Shown: one piece after another, positions 51,101 to 63,182 of the stretch
Numbering within the stretch: position 1 is the first letter of the stretch
How the letters are laid out: each line of letters starts with the position of its first letter
Assembly: GCA_017499595.2 (NCBI GenBank)
Contig: CM038999.1
Span: forward strand, 2,666,001-2,730,000
Direction: 5' to 3'
Source of the DNA: Psilocybe cubensis
Taxonomy: Eukaryota
Length of the DNA: 64,000 nucleotides
Notes under the pieces: model-generated
Seen by the model: the letters and a program-made list of their open reading frames with translations, nothing else
Told to the model about the DNA's origin: nothing
Database searches by the model: none
Translations under genes and position numbers: made by a program

Positions 51101-54100
51101 AATTCGGAGGTGATTGGAATAGCAGAGGTTGATGAATCGCCCATGTCCTCAAGGCCAGGAGTTGAGCGAATGTCTTCATCATTGCCCTCAATATTTCCGA
51201 CAGTGGCTAAATGTCTCTGCATATCTATATACAAAATAGGTCAATCCTATTCGGGATGCCAAAGAAATTCTTATACCAGTTATAGTAGCAGTGGAAGGTT
51301 CGTGGGCTCGAAGCATTGAGTCAATATCTGAATCGGCTCCAAAATCGCCTTCAGTGGCTACTTCATCGACTCCAGAAGGGTCCGTCTCTGCCTCTGTATG
51401 GCCTGCGCCCTCTCTTTCTTGCGGTGTTTCGGAGTCCACCTGGGTTTTATGACGAATGCTATCCACTGTCGTAGTTATGTTAGAGGCTACATGGCTTTGC
51501 TCTGTACCTTCTGCAGGCGGGTCCTTAGAGGTTGAGTCGGTCATCTCCATTCGAGGGGCACTTTCCGTCGCCATCAATTCGTGCGAACGTCTTTTTGAAT
51601 CTACGTTATCAGCTCCCAATGGACGAGGGTTCAATTGCCTGTGCCCTTCTAAAGTAACATTGTTATCTAAATATATATTATAAATTATGTGATAATAATG
51701 CAAGAAGTGTCACCGACCTGATTGTTCATGAAAAATATCGGGTTTAATTTTGGAGGGTTGTAATTGGCTTTCTCCTGTTTCCGCTTCGAAATTCCTGTCA
51801 GACGCAGAGGCTTCTGGCTCTTTGCTATCATAGGAATTAGACAAGGCCATGGGAATGTCTTCGTTGAGTTCATCCAATTCATGCGACGCTTCCTCACATG
51901 CTTGACCTTGTTTGTGTGGTCCTTCATGAACTGGGGAATGCCGGAAATTATAAAAGCTCCCCACAGCTGCATGTTCCTGATTAGCAGGAGACAAACTATG
52001 GTCTTCTTCATTGTCTGAATCATCTACAGCAATGACTTCTGCGTCTGTAGGAATTGGACGGCTTTGCGATGGAGGAACAAACAGATTGGTCGAGGGAGGC
52101 AAAATAGTTCCTTCATCCCTATCCTCTCTTACATCCACTTCGTCGTCATAAACACCCTCCGTGTTCTCTTCTGAGGGCCCCTGACTTGGAGTAAGGGCAC
52201 CTGGCGTCAAAAAATTGTCAATATCGTCTTCTACTCCATGTGTACCTGAAAGGAGGGCTGGATCTACAGGAACACCAGGCGTCGCACGAACTTCCCCACC
52301 GGAATAATAATCTTCTGCGTATGTCTGTGGCCCGGTCCAGGGGTCCTGAATTTCAACAGGGATGTCTTCATTTGTGTTTCCGTCAGGGAAAGCTGTCGCA
52401 GAGGAGCACTGTTAGAAAGTGTAGCAATGAGTGAACAAGACAAGAGAATTACATGTATTATCGCTGGGTGGCTGAGTTTCTTCACTAGGATGCTTAGGCG
52501 CAGTGTTTGATTTGAGTTGCTCAACATAGTCGACATCCATCGGCCCCATATAGTGGGCAGAAGTATGCGTTCCTCGTGGTAAGTGGATTGAGCCACCTGC
52601 ATAGAAATCTTGAGCATATATGCGAGAACTTTCCCAGGGATCAACAATGTCAACGGGGCGCTCGAGACGGATATCGTGTGGGGGAAAAGCTTGTAGTAGT
52701 TTTGAGTAAATTGGACCATAACAATAGGTCAAAAAAGCAGGCTCACAAGTGTCATCCTCATTTCGCTGCTCCATGCTAGAATCAATGCTTGCCTCTCGAC
52801 GGATATTAGCTTCGGTTTCTCCGTCAAGCGGTCCTAGATGGTGGGCATCTAGTTTAGCCCCTGTAGGAATACGAATATCTCCACCTGAATAATAGTCTTC
52901 CGCATAAGTACGTGGACCTTCCCATCGATCTGGGAGCTCGATGTGTCTGTCCTGATCTGGATTCGTGAACGATTTTGGAGGGAATGCTATAAATTCATGG
53001 TCGATTATTATCGTCAGTCAACGGAAGGAAATAGACATACAAGTATCGTTTTGGGGAGGTTGTATTTCCTGTATCTCGTCATCTTCTTCTTCATCGGCTT
53101 CGGCATCAGCATCAACCACGTCGTCGCCTTCGTCATCTTCATATTGGGTGTCCGGAGAATGTCGAATTTGCTGACGAAGATAAAGTTGGGATGTCCCAGG
53201 TCGTTCTTCTCGCTCCAGCGCTTGCTCTTCTTCTTCATCATACTCGTCGTATCCGCCAGAGCCCTCTTCACCTTCCTCCTCCTCCTCGTCTTCAAGGGGT
53301 TTCTTTCTAGTTTTATGAAGGGAAGAAGGCTGATCTTCTTCCGACAACTCTTCATCATCAACCTCTCCATCACTATCCGAGTCTATCTCTATGATTTCGT
53401 CGACTACCGCTTTTGCGGGACGGGGAGGTTCTGATTCTTCCTCATTATCATATTCTTCGTCGTCGTCAAATTCCTCATATTCAGCTCCTTCTTCATGATC
53501 AAGTCCCTCCTCGTATTCCTCGTCTTCGCTAACATATTCCTCTTCTTCAGTAGCCACATCATTTGCCCTCGAAGATTGATCAATTGACTGAAGATATCGT
53601 GAAGATGGTTGTCCCATGTCTCCAGAGTAAGGTTCTTCATAATGTTCTCCCTCTTCTTGTTCCCCTGGACTTTGGTCCTCGTCACTGTCTTCCAAGACAG
53701 CCACTGACAATTCGACCTCTGCAGCTTCTTCGGCATCTTCTTCGTCAGATGACACGATTTCAATAGGCTGCATGCTATTTCCCTTGCCTAATCCAGGTCC
53801 TTCGCGAGGATCGCGCGCCTTGCCCTTGCCCGCGGCCCGCCTGGCTTTGATTTCAGCAAATGAGTCGTCCATAGTTTCGTCATATAGTGCATCATCATCA
53901 ACGTCCCTATAGTGTTGAAGCTCTGGTCGAGATCGAATGAGGTTGCGAGATTTATTCAAGCTATGGTCGTTTGAATCTAGTTCCTCGTCGTCTTGGCCAA
54001 GAGCGCGTTTCAATGCTCCTGTGATGCCACCAATCCACGCGTCAAACTCGGGCTGAGTGAATTTGTCAAACGGATTATGAACTGGAGGTCGAAGAACGCT

Positions 54101-54190
54101 TGTTTTTGAGTTCATGTGAGAAGAAGCAGAAAAAGGCGTAGAGTGGGGCGCTGAGGGTATCCGAGGAGTAAATTGGTACGGGGCCGACAT
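48154..54190 (-). CDS. Very large acidic, mostly disordered hypothetical protein
   Basis: Chain of long same-strand ORFs (53018-54307, 51710-52392, 51188-51703, 50602-51234, 49917-50657, 48154-49647) joined by GT-AG introns. Globular-looking islands NPFDKFTQPEFDAWIGGIT and TRSHCRYHRISLP..FLVPGCSL. Confidence 0.78.
52281..52986 (-). repeat. Three tandem exon-encoded copies of a ~25-aa motif (D-x-W-x-GP-x-T-YAEDYYSGG)
   Basis: IELPDRWEGPRTYAEDYYSGGDIRIP (exon 52986-52747), VDIVDPWESSRIYAQDFYAGGSIHLP (exon 52689-52453), VEIQDPWTGPQTYAEDYYSGGEVRAT (exon starting 52392). Confidence 0.85.
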
Positions 54191-54741
54191 CTGGGTGTGT
54201 GGCAAAGGATTTAACGTGTTTCTGAGGGAGAAGGTTACGTGCGAATGAAGGTAATTGGATTGCGCCGTTGAGATGAGTATGGAGGTGTCCGCGGGGAGTA
54301 AAGGCAATTAGGAACAAGACATTGTATTGCACAAAAGGTGACGATTATGTCGCTGTGTGCATGTGCCCGGGCCTGTACATCTGACTTCCAAATTTCTCTC
54401 ACGCACTGAAGGATTGGATATTATGCGTCGGAGTTTGAAAGCGCGTCGCGCCAATATTGCCATCTCAATTTCATCTTGCACTTGTAAGCTTATCCAGAGA
54501 CGCTGAGTGATTGGTATTGGTTATATTTCACTGGTCCAGTAACACAAAACTAGTCTCAAAAACATTTGTGACGCTGAGTGAACTCAGATTCAGAAAACAG
54601 CAAATGCGACTAGATCAGATCTAACCGGCATCACGGCCCGCTAATTATCTGAAGGTAAATAATCTTCTTGTCGCACCTTCCATTTCTTTCTAACAAGTCT
54701 CATTGCCTAAACATCCTAGGGTTACCTCCAACATTCCCCAC

Positions 54742-57700
54742 ATGCCCAATATGCCTCCCGATAAAAAACCAAGCAAAACACCTTCTTCATCCAAGGATCT
54801 CATCCCAGTTAATGGAAAACGAGAGCTTTTAGCAAAGTCTCAGCCCAAGCGAGAGGATAGGGGACCAAAACCCACGACTTCAAAAGCCCTTGTCCTCCGC
54901 AACGGGAAATATGGATCTCAAGGAACTGGTGAACTGATTCATCTGGGAAGGATGACCGGTCGCGAAAAGTTAGATCTTTTGGCAGGTATGCGAATAAGCT
55001 TCATTCTCCTGTCAATACTAAAGTTTCCCGATTAACATTGGGGCAGACAATCTCGTCCAGGAGTCTAAGAAAGCGTTTCTTAACCCATTCCGCCTTGAAA
55101 AATGCCTCAAAATTGCAGAATCTCAGTGTGACGGTTTGTCTGACTGTGTCTAAAAAGTAAATCATCTACTTACTATTACTTTTAGCCTATGTTGATGATA
55201 TCGCCAAGCTACGAGATCCGGACCTATTTCGTTATGCTATCGAGTCAGAGTTAAAAGCCAGAACGGAGCCGACGAGAAGTGATACTCGCAAAACCCCATC
55301 TCATGTTGCCAAAGTAGTTGCCACAAGGTGCGAGTTTAGCGCGCGCAGTAAAATTAACCCGCTAATATTAAAAATTCGGATGTACATCATATAGGGTACA
55401 TAATGCGTACATGCTTGCTTCTGCATGGAAACTCGCTTCGGACATCTTGATCCAGATGACTAGCGATGGACTACGAGATAGCAATGTCAAAACAATGCTT
55501 CAGAGTAACTCTAACATGAGAAACCAATATTTAGCGTTGTACGATATTGTTGACGAACTAGTGATGATGTGCCAGGATAGATTTGCCGTTCTAGCAACAA
55601 CAACTCGTGCGTTGGCTTGGATATAACCTTTCCCTCCAGGAAACAATTAACTCCCTGCCCCTCAGCCCATTATGCAAAATATTTCAAACTCAAAACGACT
55701 GAAGGCGCAGATCCATCCGAAACTCAGTATGTGTTCGACTGGGCGGATTTGCGTAAAGCAGCAGATTCTTTTCTTGATTCTATTATCATCGAGCTATGTT
55801 TTCCGCGGGGAGCATACCCTAAGGCAATACTTTATCGGATTCTCCACGACTCCATTGAAGAGGCTCCCCGTGAAACCAAACGTTTTCCACAAGAACTCTG
55901 GAATGCTGTGGGCGATCTCTCGGTGCGTTATTTCTTTATAATTCTCTCAAGTCGCATTCGAATAAAGGCATAGAACTGTGTCGAACTACAAGAAATATTG
56001 TCAGCACCATTGTTCGGACCCGAGGGAGAGGCATGGCTAAAGAGTCCTCGACAAATGCCGGATGAATATGAGGCTTGGATTGATGCTCAAATATACTCTA
56101 GCAGGGCTTCCGAGCTGTTCTCCTCCTTCAAAGATACCATTTACCCGCTAGAGAGAACCAGAAGACCGGAAGTCATAGACAAGTTGTGGAATCAAATTGA
56201 CCAGGTATATTTCTTTATAAGTCAAAACAAACAAGTTTAATAACATCAATACTATACCACAGAACTATGTTTCTATCTCTGGGGAGCATATTGACAAACT
56301 ATGGGGATTAGAGGAGGTAATTAACGTGAAGCCGCAATGGTCTGCCTTTGCAGTCGTACCTGGAGGATCAGATTTGGACGGATATAGTCCTAGTAGTGTT
56401 AGAGGTGCAAAGAAGAAGCCACTCGCTATAACTGCTGGAGATGAATCCAGCGACGACTCAATGCCTGGACTCCAATCTGTCTCGAACACCTCAGACGATG
56501 ACGACGACGACGATGACGATAGCGAGTATTCCGAAGATGAGTACAATAGCGATGGATACAACACCGACGAAGAAGACGAACTCCGTGAATTATACAAAGA
56601 AGCTATGAATGCAGCTCATGAGGCTGATTGGTTTGATACTTCCAACACACCCGCGGGTATTGACCCTTTCCTTCAGGAAGACGATCGTAAGGGAAACCCA
56701 TTTTTGAAAATTTTGGGTTCTCTGAGAGGTTTGTCCCGTGTTGTCTGGGTTTACGCCAATTTGACCCATATAATCAGGGAGAATGTTCTCTTCAAGTCCA
56801 AAGTTGAAGACGACAACAAAGACAGAGCCTCGCTCTGGTCCAATTCGCGGAGCCTTCAGAGCTACTCCTAGCGGGGCTCCCAAATCCATTCCTAAAGCTA
56901 TGCCCCCGAAGCCGGCACCGGTACCTACAACGCCAGTTTCTCCTGCTGCTACTCCTGGTCAGTCCGTTGCACCACTTCATAAATATTAGAGCTCATTGAT
57001 TTCCTATAGCTGCTGCTTCAAAAAGCCAGAAGGCAACAGTGGAAGAAGTTGAGGATGAAGAGAACATTGCCATGGCTGCTGCTGCGGCCAAGAAGAAAAA
57101 GAAAAAGTCGAAGAAAAAAAAGAAACCTGCTACTCCTGAAATCCCACCTTCTTCTTCTCCTCCTTCTGCAGTGTCAGTGCCGAGTCCGGTCATTTCGTCC
57201 GCGACACCATCATTGAAGAAGTCTGCTTCGGTTTCTTCCAATGCCTCCAGCGTCAAGACATCGACGCCATCAATCCCTTCGGCGTTTATGTCTTCGACAA
57301 GTACCCTTCCTATTGGGGAGACAACTGCTCAGTCAGCCCATTCCTATCTTCAGTCCCTCAACATTGGTACAGAGAAAAAGCTTAAGAAGCGTCCCGACCA
57401 CGCATCGATATTCTCGACCAGTTCCGATATCAAGAAACCGTCTGTATTTTCGAAACTATCTGGTAAAGACAAGGAGAAGAATAAAGAAGACGAGATGAGT
57501 GCCGCGAAGCGTAGTTGGTTCAGCAAACTCAGCAAAAAAACTTCGGTCCTAATGCATCAAATGCTGAAGACTGATGAAGACAAGACAGGCGGAAGATCGC
57601 CTATGAAGTGGGAGCAATTCTTAAAGGTTCGTCTGTCTATGGTTCTTGATGCATCGCATTGCGTAATTTTGACTGACTGTATGAGTAGCTTATGAGAGAA

Positions 57701-58002
57701 ATGGGCTTTGAATATGATCCTAGCACAGCTGGTTCCAGTGTTCGCTTCGATCCACCAAACAAAGCCGACAGGGTAAGCTATCTGACAGACTTGAATTCTA
57801 TTTGCTTTTCTCACAATACTCTCATTAGCCCATTACATTCCACAAACGTACGGCTCACACTTTTGGTATCTGGATGCTGCATACTCACATTGTATTGATA
57901 GCCCATCCTGATCCTACCCTTCAGCCAATCATGTTGAAGGAGTTCGCGAAAAAGCTGAAACGATATTATGGCTGGAACGAAGACGATCTTCTGAGGATAT
58001 GA
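54742..58002 (+). CDS. Hypothetical protein: helical N-terminal region, acidic and Lys-rich linkers, C-terminal HicA-like domain
   Basis: Multi-exon. Last four exons give MKWEQFLKLMREMGFEYDPSTAGSSVRFDPPNKADRPITFHKPHPDPTLQPIMLKEFAKKLKRYYGWNEDDLLRI*. Confidence 0.8.
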
Positions 58003-58330
58003 ATTGGCCCCGTCTTTTGCTTTATCTCTGTATAATGCCTATTTTATTGTGCCTAGCGTAATTTATCGTAAGATATTTTTCATCGTGTGCGAGAAATGTG
58101 CCTCAACGACCAAGTTGGGCATGTGCCATACTTATGTACAAAGAATAATTGTCTGAAACCACCAGGAAAACGTTCTTGAAATGAGATTACTGTACTGCCA
58201 ACATATTTTAAACTAAGAGCACAAGCAAAACGCAACGGGGTTGCTTGACGTGGAAACCAGCTTGAACCAAGTAAATAAAAAGAAAACCACGGTAAGGCAA
58301 TGGTTGGATACGATGACCCATTTGACTAAT

Positions 58331-60068
58331 TTAATTCTTCAATGTGGGTTTGCCCATCATTCGCCTCCCCTCCTGAACCTTCTCTGGGCTTTTCTCTAAT
58401 TTACCAGACAATACTTTGATTTCTCCCCGCAGCTTGTCCATGAACTTAGTCTTCGTTGCTGAGCCACCCTTGGTCTTCGCCAAAACAGATGAGTCCGTGC
58501 GGTGCTCATCAGCGATCTCTTTGGATATAATGGGGGTGTTGCCATCTGTGCCCCCGGTATTAACCTGCGCGGTAGGAGTAAGGTGTCCAACGGTTTGTTG
58601 AGCGTTGACGTTACGTTCCGCAGCAGGGGTATCGAGTCCTTGAACCACCTTTGCAGCCCATGCACCAGTATCATCAGTTGTCGGTGGATTGTTGACGGTA
58701 GGATGCATAGAAGAGGTATCAGTTCCAGTAACAGCTCCTGCCAACGCGCCAGTCTCTGCAGAAGTAGGCGCATAGCTGTTTGCATTAGTTGCGACGTCGC
58801 TAACGTTCTCCTTTCCCTTTCCAGATGGTTCAGCATGACCGTCGTGCCCAGGTGTCGCCACAGTGGAACCTAAAGAGTCCTGATGACTGAACGGTTTCGA
58901 GTCTGATCGAGGTTTAGTAGACTTTTCAACTGCGGCGAAGTGCTCTCTACCTCTGGTGACTGGAGGAGAATTGACATGGGGCGCAGCAGACTTGTGAGCT
59001 GACTTGGAAACAGGTGGAACGGTAAGAAGGTGAGGTTCCTCAGGATGATGTTCAAACTCGGGTCGATCGGCCTTGTTGCTGAAATCAGAGTGCTCTTTGT
59101 CCTGAATGGTATGATTTCGCTGACATGAATCTGCAGCTGATGACGACGTTTTCATCGTCCCATCTCTGTTCCGCACATCTGCTTCCTTTGTGGAACTGGT
59201 CGCAGTTCCAGCATGGCTCCAGGTGTCAATGCGGCTACCCGCAAGCGTCCGAGTGCTGGCGTCAGTGCTGGCCCCGTCGTACTGTTTGGACACTGTGCTC
59301 GCAGCTCCGCTTCTGTTGTTTGAAATACTATAATCGATGCCAGTAGTACCAAATCTGGGTAAGGTGAGGCTATTGTCCTGAGGTCTTATAGGTTCATTGT
59401 TATCTTGGGTTGTCGATTTGCTTGGATTCGGCGTATCGCCAACAAGTCTTCGGTCCTCGATCACTCTTGTACCAGTAATGCCGACGGATTCTAGAGTATT
59501 CTTCTCCTTTGAGCTATCTTCATGGACCTCAGGTCCAGACGGGGTGTATGAATGGGATTCAGTAAAAGTTTCATTTCTACGGGCTGAGCTTTCGTGATGC
59601 TGAGAGGCTTCGTCTCCTTGTCGAGGTGATCCGTTCGTAGCTACGTGTGCATTAGCGCAAATCAACTCAAGTTATTTATCACTCACGAAGATATGCCGCT
59701 ACAGATTTAGGTAAATATCCTCCAACAACTTCGCCTGCGCTGTATACATAATCCTTCGCTGTTTCTAATGCACTTGAAGCGGCTTCCTTGACGTAATCAG
59801 CATCTCGACTCAAACTACTGACGTGCTCAGCCTCTTTGGTTTGGGGAAAAGCTCCAGGAAGCCGTTCTCCGGGTGTCGTTGGGTTGCTTGCGTGCCCACC
59901 AAAAGGCCTGTCTGCAGGATAAGATTCGGGTACGACAGGACCTAAAGCATTCAGCGAAGATGAAGTAGGTCTGTGAACCTGTCCGCCTCTGTCATCAATG
60001 GCATCGAAAGAATGAGTATCTTCCGTCATCAGACTGGTGTGGTTGGTGTTGACAATATTGTCGGCCAT
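58331..60068 (-). CDS. Hydrophilic disordered protein with CsbD/LEA-like helical ends
   Basis: Exon 60068-~59686 (LETAKDYVYSAGEVVGGYLP), one intron, then a long Ser/Thr/His-rich exon ending KFMDKLRGEIKVLSGKL...VQEGRRMMGK. Confidence 0.72.
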
Positions 60069-60610
60069 TTAGTATCACTGAGCAAAGGGATATCAATAGG
60101 AAAGGAGTGTGTTAGAACGGAATGAATAGGAGGTAGAAGGTTTATTATACCATACGATGGCTCCAAAATTAATTGGTAGTCGACCATTGAAAGAGGAGTA
60201 ATGACGTAGTTGGCCCATACGCCACGAAGAGGCGCAAATAAGAAAAAGTCACAAACAAAGAAGGTCATAGACGTACTAACATTGGTGGGACTAGTGAATT
60301 TGCATGGATTCCATCCCAAAATGTGGCGTGGCGTAGCAAGTTTTGTTGGACCTCAGACGAACCCGACGTTCAAAGGATTACTTGGCTCATTTGCCGGACA
60401 AAGTCTGAAACTTAAAAACTGATCCACAATGCTGCTATTTAGTATCATGAAGCACATTATCATCATTGGTTCTACGGAAGGATCCTGTCCAAAAGTACAA
60501 TTCATAATATATGTACATGGGGGATTCTCATGGGTGAGCCTAACTTGAACCAGGGTCAATGTCCATGCAATGGAATGTAAGGGATAACACACTTATACTA
60601 GCCATACAAC

Positions 60611-60853
60611 CTACTGACAACACAATAGCCTATGGCAACAAGATCCGTCGCATAAGTCTCTATCCCTCAGCTGCCCAACACGACACTGTTCGGCACATTG
60701 TGGCCCGATTTCTTCCCAAAAACACCCCGGTGGTGGGTCTACAGTATCTTCGGCCAGTGAAAGCATGTTTGCATGATAGTCCGAGAAGGTTGGTACTGAC
60801 AAAACTAGGCGAAAAATGTTAAACATAATTGTGGCTGGAATGACGAAACGCAT
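60611..60853 (-). CDS. Small secreted cysteine-rich protein (80 aa, 8 Cys)
   Basis: MRFVIPATIMFNIFRLVLS signal-like N-terminus; C-X8-C-X3-C-X10-C-X3-CC-X4-CC. Two canonical introns (61025-60973, 60911-60856), the second ending 2 nt before the ATG. Confidence 0.62.
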   Translation of the reverse strand: MRFVIPATIMFNIFRLVLSVPTFSDYHANMLSLAEDTVDPPPGCFWEEIGPQCAEQCRVGQLRDRDLCDGSCCHRLLCCQ

Positions 60854-61648
60854 TGCTGTCAAAGATTATTGAGCACCTGTGACATTCAGTTAAAAGAAAC
60901 AGACTGCTCACTGATGATGTTGCTGTAATCTTGTGTTCCAATATGAGGAAAATGGGCTGCTCAACGCAGTATCTGAAGGCATACATGTCAGCCGAGAACT
61001 GCTCAACACAACTTAGATGACTCACAGTAATGCTGACTGTAGCTCGCTGGAAGAGAACTGGCGAACTAGAGAGGGGGAAAAGGTAGCCTTCATATACCCA
61101 CACAATAGCGAAATGGGGAGTCGCCTCGTGTGGTTATAATCACCATCGCATACGTAAACAGAAGCCAAGACTGTCGCTCGGAGGGTGAATTGAGGATGGG
61201 ATCTTGAACACGCGTTTTACACGACTTGTCAATCTTTTGCGAAGGCGATGGCGAGCAAAAGAATGAATACAATACAACACGCCGATACGAAGGAGAACTG
61301 AAATTAGATACGAACTTCTTTGCTGGACTGAGCAATGGTGTCTTTTTTACATTGCTCTTCCATTGTTATGCTGTCGATCGTTTCTCAGTAGTGTCAAGCG
61401 ATGGAAAGTGGGCCACTCATAACAGTTCAAAACGGTTACTGTCAGTGTCAGATTAAGTCACGTGGTGAATAAAGACCGACGCGTCGCGTCCCGTAATTTT
61501 TAAAGGGCTTTTCTTGGGTTTCGAAGCACCAACGACAAAATTTCCTGGTGACTCGTGATTGACCATAATCTCTCACATTAACTTTTACTCCTAATGAATT
61601 GGCACTTATGGGTCGCTGTCCTAAATAACAATTCGGGTAGACAAGTAT

Positions 61649-63048
61649 CTATGGAGGAAAGGTTCGGGCTATCAACATATCGGACACTCTTTCGACCTAC
61701 ATCAAAATGGTCTATGAGCATCAAAAGTAGTAACATGTTATACAGAACTTGCCAGCTGTATAAATCCTTCTTCATGAATAATTTCACCGACGAACCGCTC
61801 AAGTGCGGAATTCGACATATTGTAAAGGGAAGTTTGGTCACAGACAGTTTGAAAAATCTGGCTTCCAGTTCTACATTCAGCAATGTTAATCTGAGCAGGT
61901 AATAGTCCATTTATTGCCGGATTACTTGAGCTTGGAGTTGGGAGTGATGGAAGAGAAGAACTTGGAAGATGTCCAAGGCTAAATGCGGTGGATATTTTCG
62001 TGGTGTTGGGCTTTTGGGGCCCAGGAGTCACTATGCCTTGTTGGGGAGCTGAGGAGTTGATGGCTGTGGGTATGTGGTCGTGCATAGGTGTATTTTGTAA
62101 AGGGTATTGATCATCAGTGCTACGAGCGTCCAGAGCTTGGAATAACATCCTGTCTGATGATATATGCAATGCTAACGGAGAAGAAGTTTGTGTACTGGCT
62201 TGATTTTGGTTTAAAAAAGGTGTGGTATATCTGATAACGTTTTGGGCCTGAGGAGCAACAGGCAACGCAGGTAGAGGACAAGCAAAAGAGGGTGCACGAT
62301 TGGGTAAGGTGGATGCGCTTGGAACACTTGTCAGGTTCTTTTGTGTAGTGGTTCGGTTTGCCAAAGCAGGGATTTGTGAAGGTACTGGTAAAGGAGGTAA
62401 CACCATGGGGTTCAATTTGCAGGGACAAACAGGCTTGATCATTTCAATGAATTCAGCAGCGTGTGAGGGCACCTGGAACGAAATCTGAAATCGACGATAT
62501 ACCTGTTTAATGGGACATATGCGTCAAAGAATTTCAATATAATCTCTCATGAGCATACAGGGACACCGTCTTCGCGCGAATGCAGGTATCTTATTCCAAC
62601 CACAGTATCGCGGTAGACAGCTTTAAGAGGTAATCCTTCCGACTGATTTTTGCGAGGAGCCCCTGAAGCAAGAGCTGAGAAAGAGAGAAGCTCCAAGTCT
62701 TCCTAATGACGGAATGACGGTATGAACTAGTTAGATTTAATCCGAAAGAAATTCAAGCCTGATATAACTTGCAAACACCACATCCTGTTGATTTGCACCG
62801 TTTTCAATGCCATAGTTTAACTCCCAAAGAATGCGGAGTTTCACTGATTCTATCTCAGAGTCGGCGGTACTCTTCACATCCAGGATGAGACGTATTATTG
62901 GGTTAGTGAAGTGTTGCCATTCCGCTGTTGTCTCGGGTCCAGCTTGTGATGGTATTTGCGCTTTTTGGCCAAGGGTTCTTTTCACTGGATAAGAGCGAGA
63001 ATACTTGGAAAGCAGAAAACTGGACGTTCCAATAGTAGAATGGCTCAT
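61649..63048 (-). CDS. REC114: Meiotic DSB protein Rec114/Rec7-like
   Basis: Exons 63048-62773, 62702-62559, 62502-61753, 61696-61649. PH-like N-terminus (LSKYSRS..WQHF..YRRFQISF..AAEFIEMIK), Pro/Ser/Thr linker, and C-terminal LYNMSNSALERFVGEIIHEEGFIQLVERVSDM resembling the Rec114 C-terminal helical motif. Confidence 0.65.
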
Positions 63049-63182
63049 TGTGTAGCTCCAAGGAGTTGCCCAGTGTAACTTGTTGAGTGGCAAAATTCCC
63101 TGAACACAAAGCAGGTGTAATAACGTCCGCGGAATCACCTGTTCAGTAACTGGCGTGACATTTGTTCACTACTCCTACCATC

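Noticed and set aside
60611-60853. Hydrophobin call for the 8-Cys peptide
   Set aside because: Cys order (C,C,C,C,CC,CC) does not match the hydrophobin C,CC,C,C,CC,C pattern.
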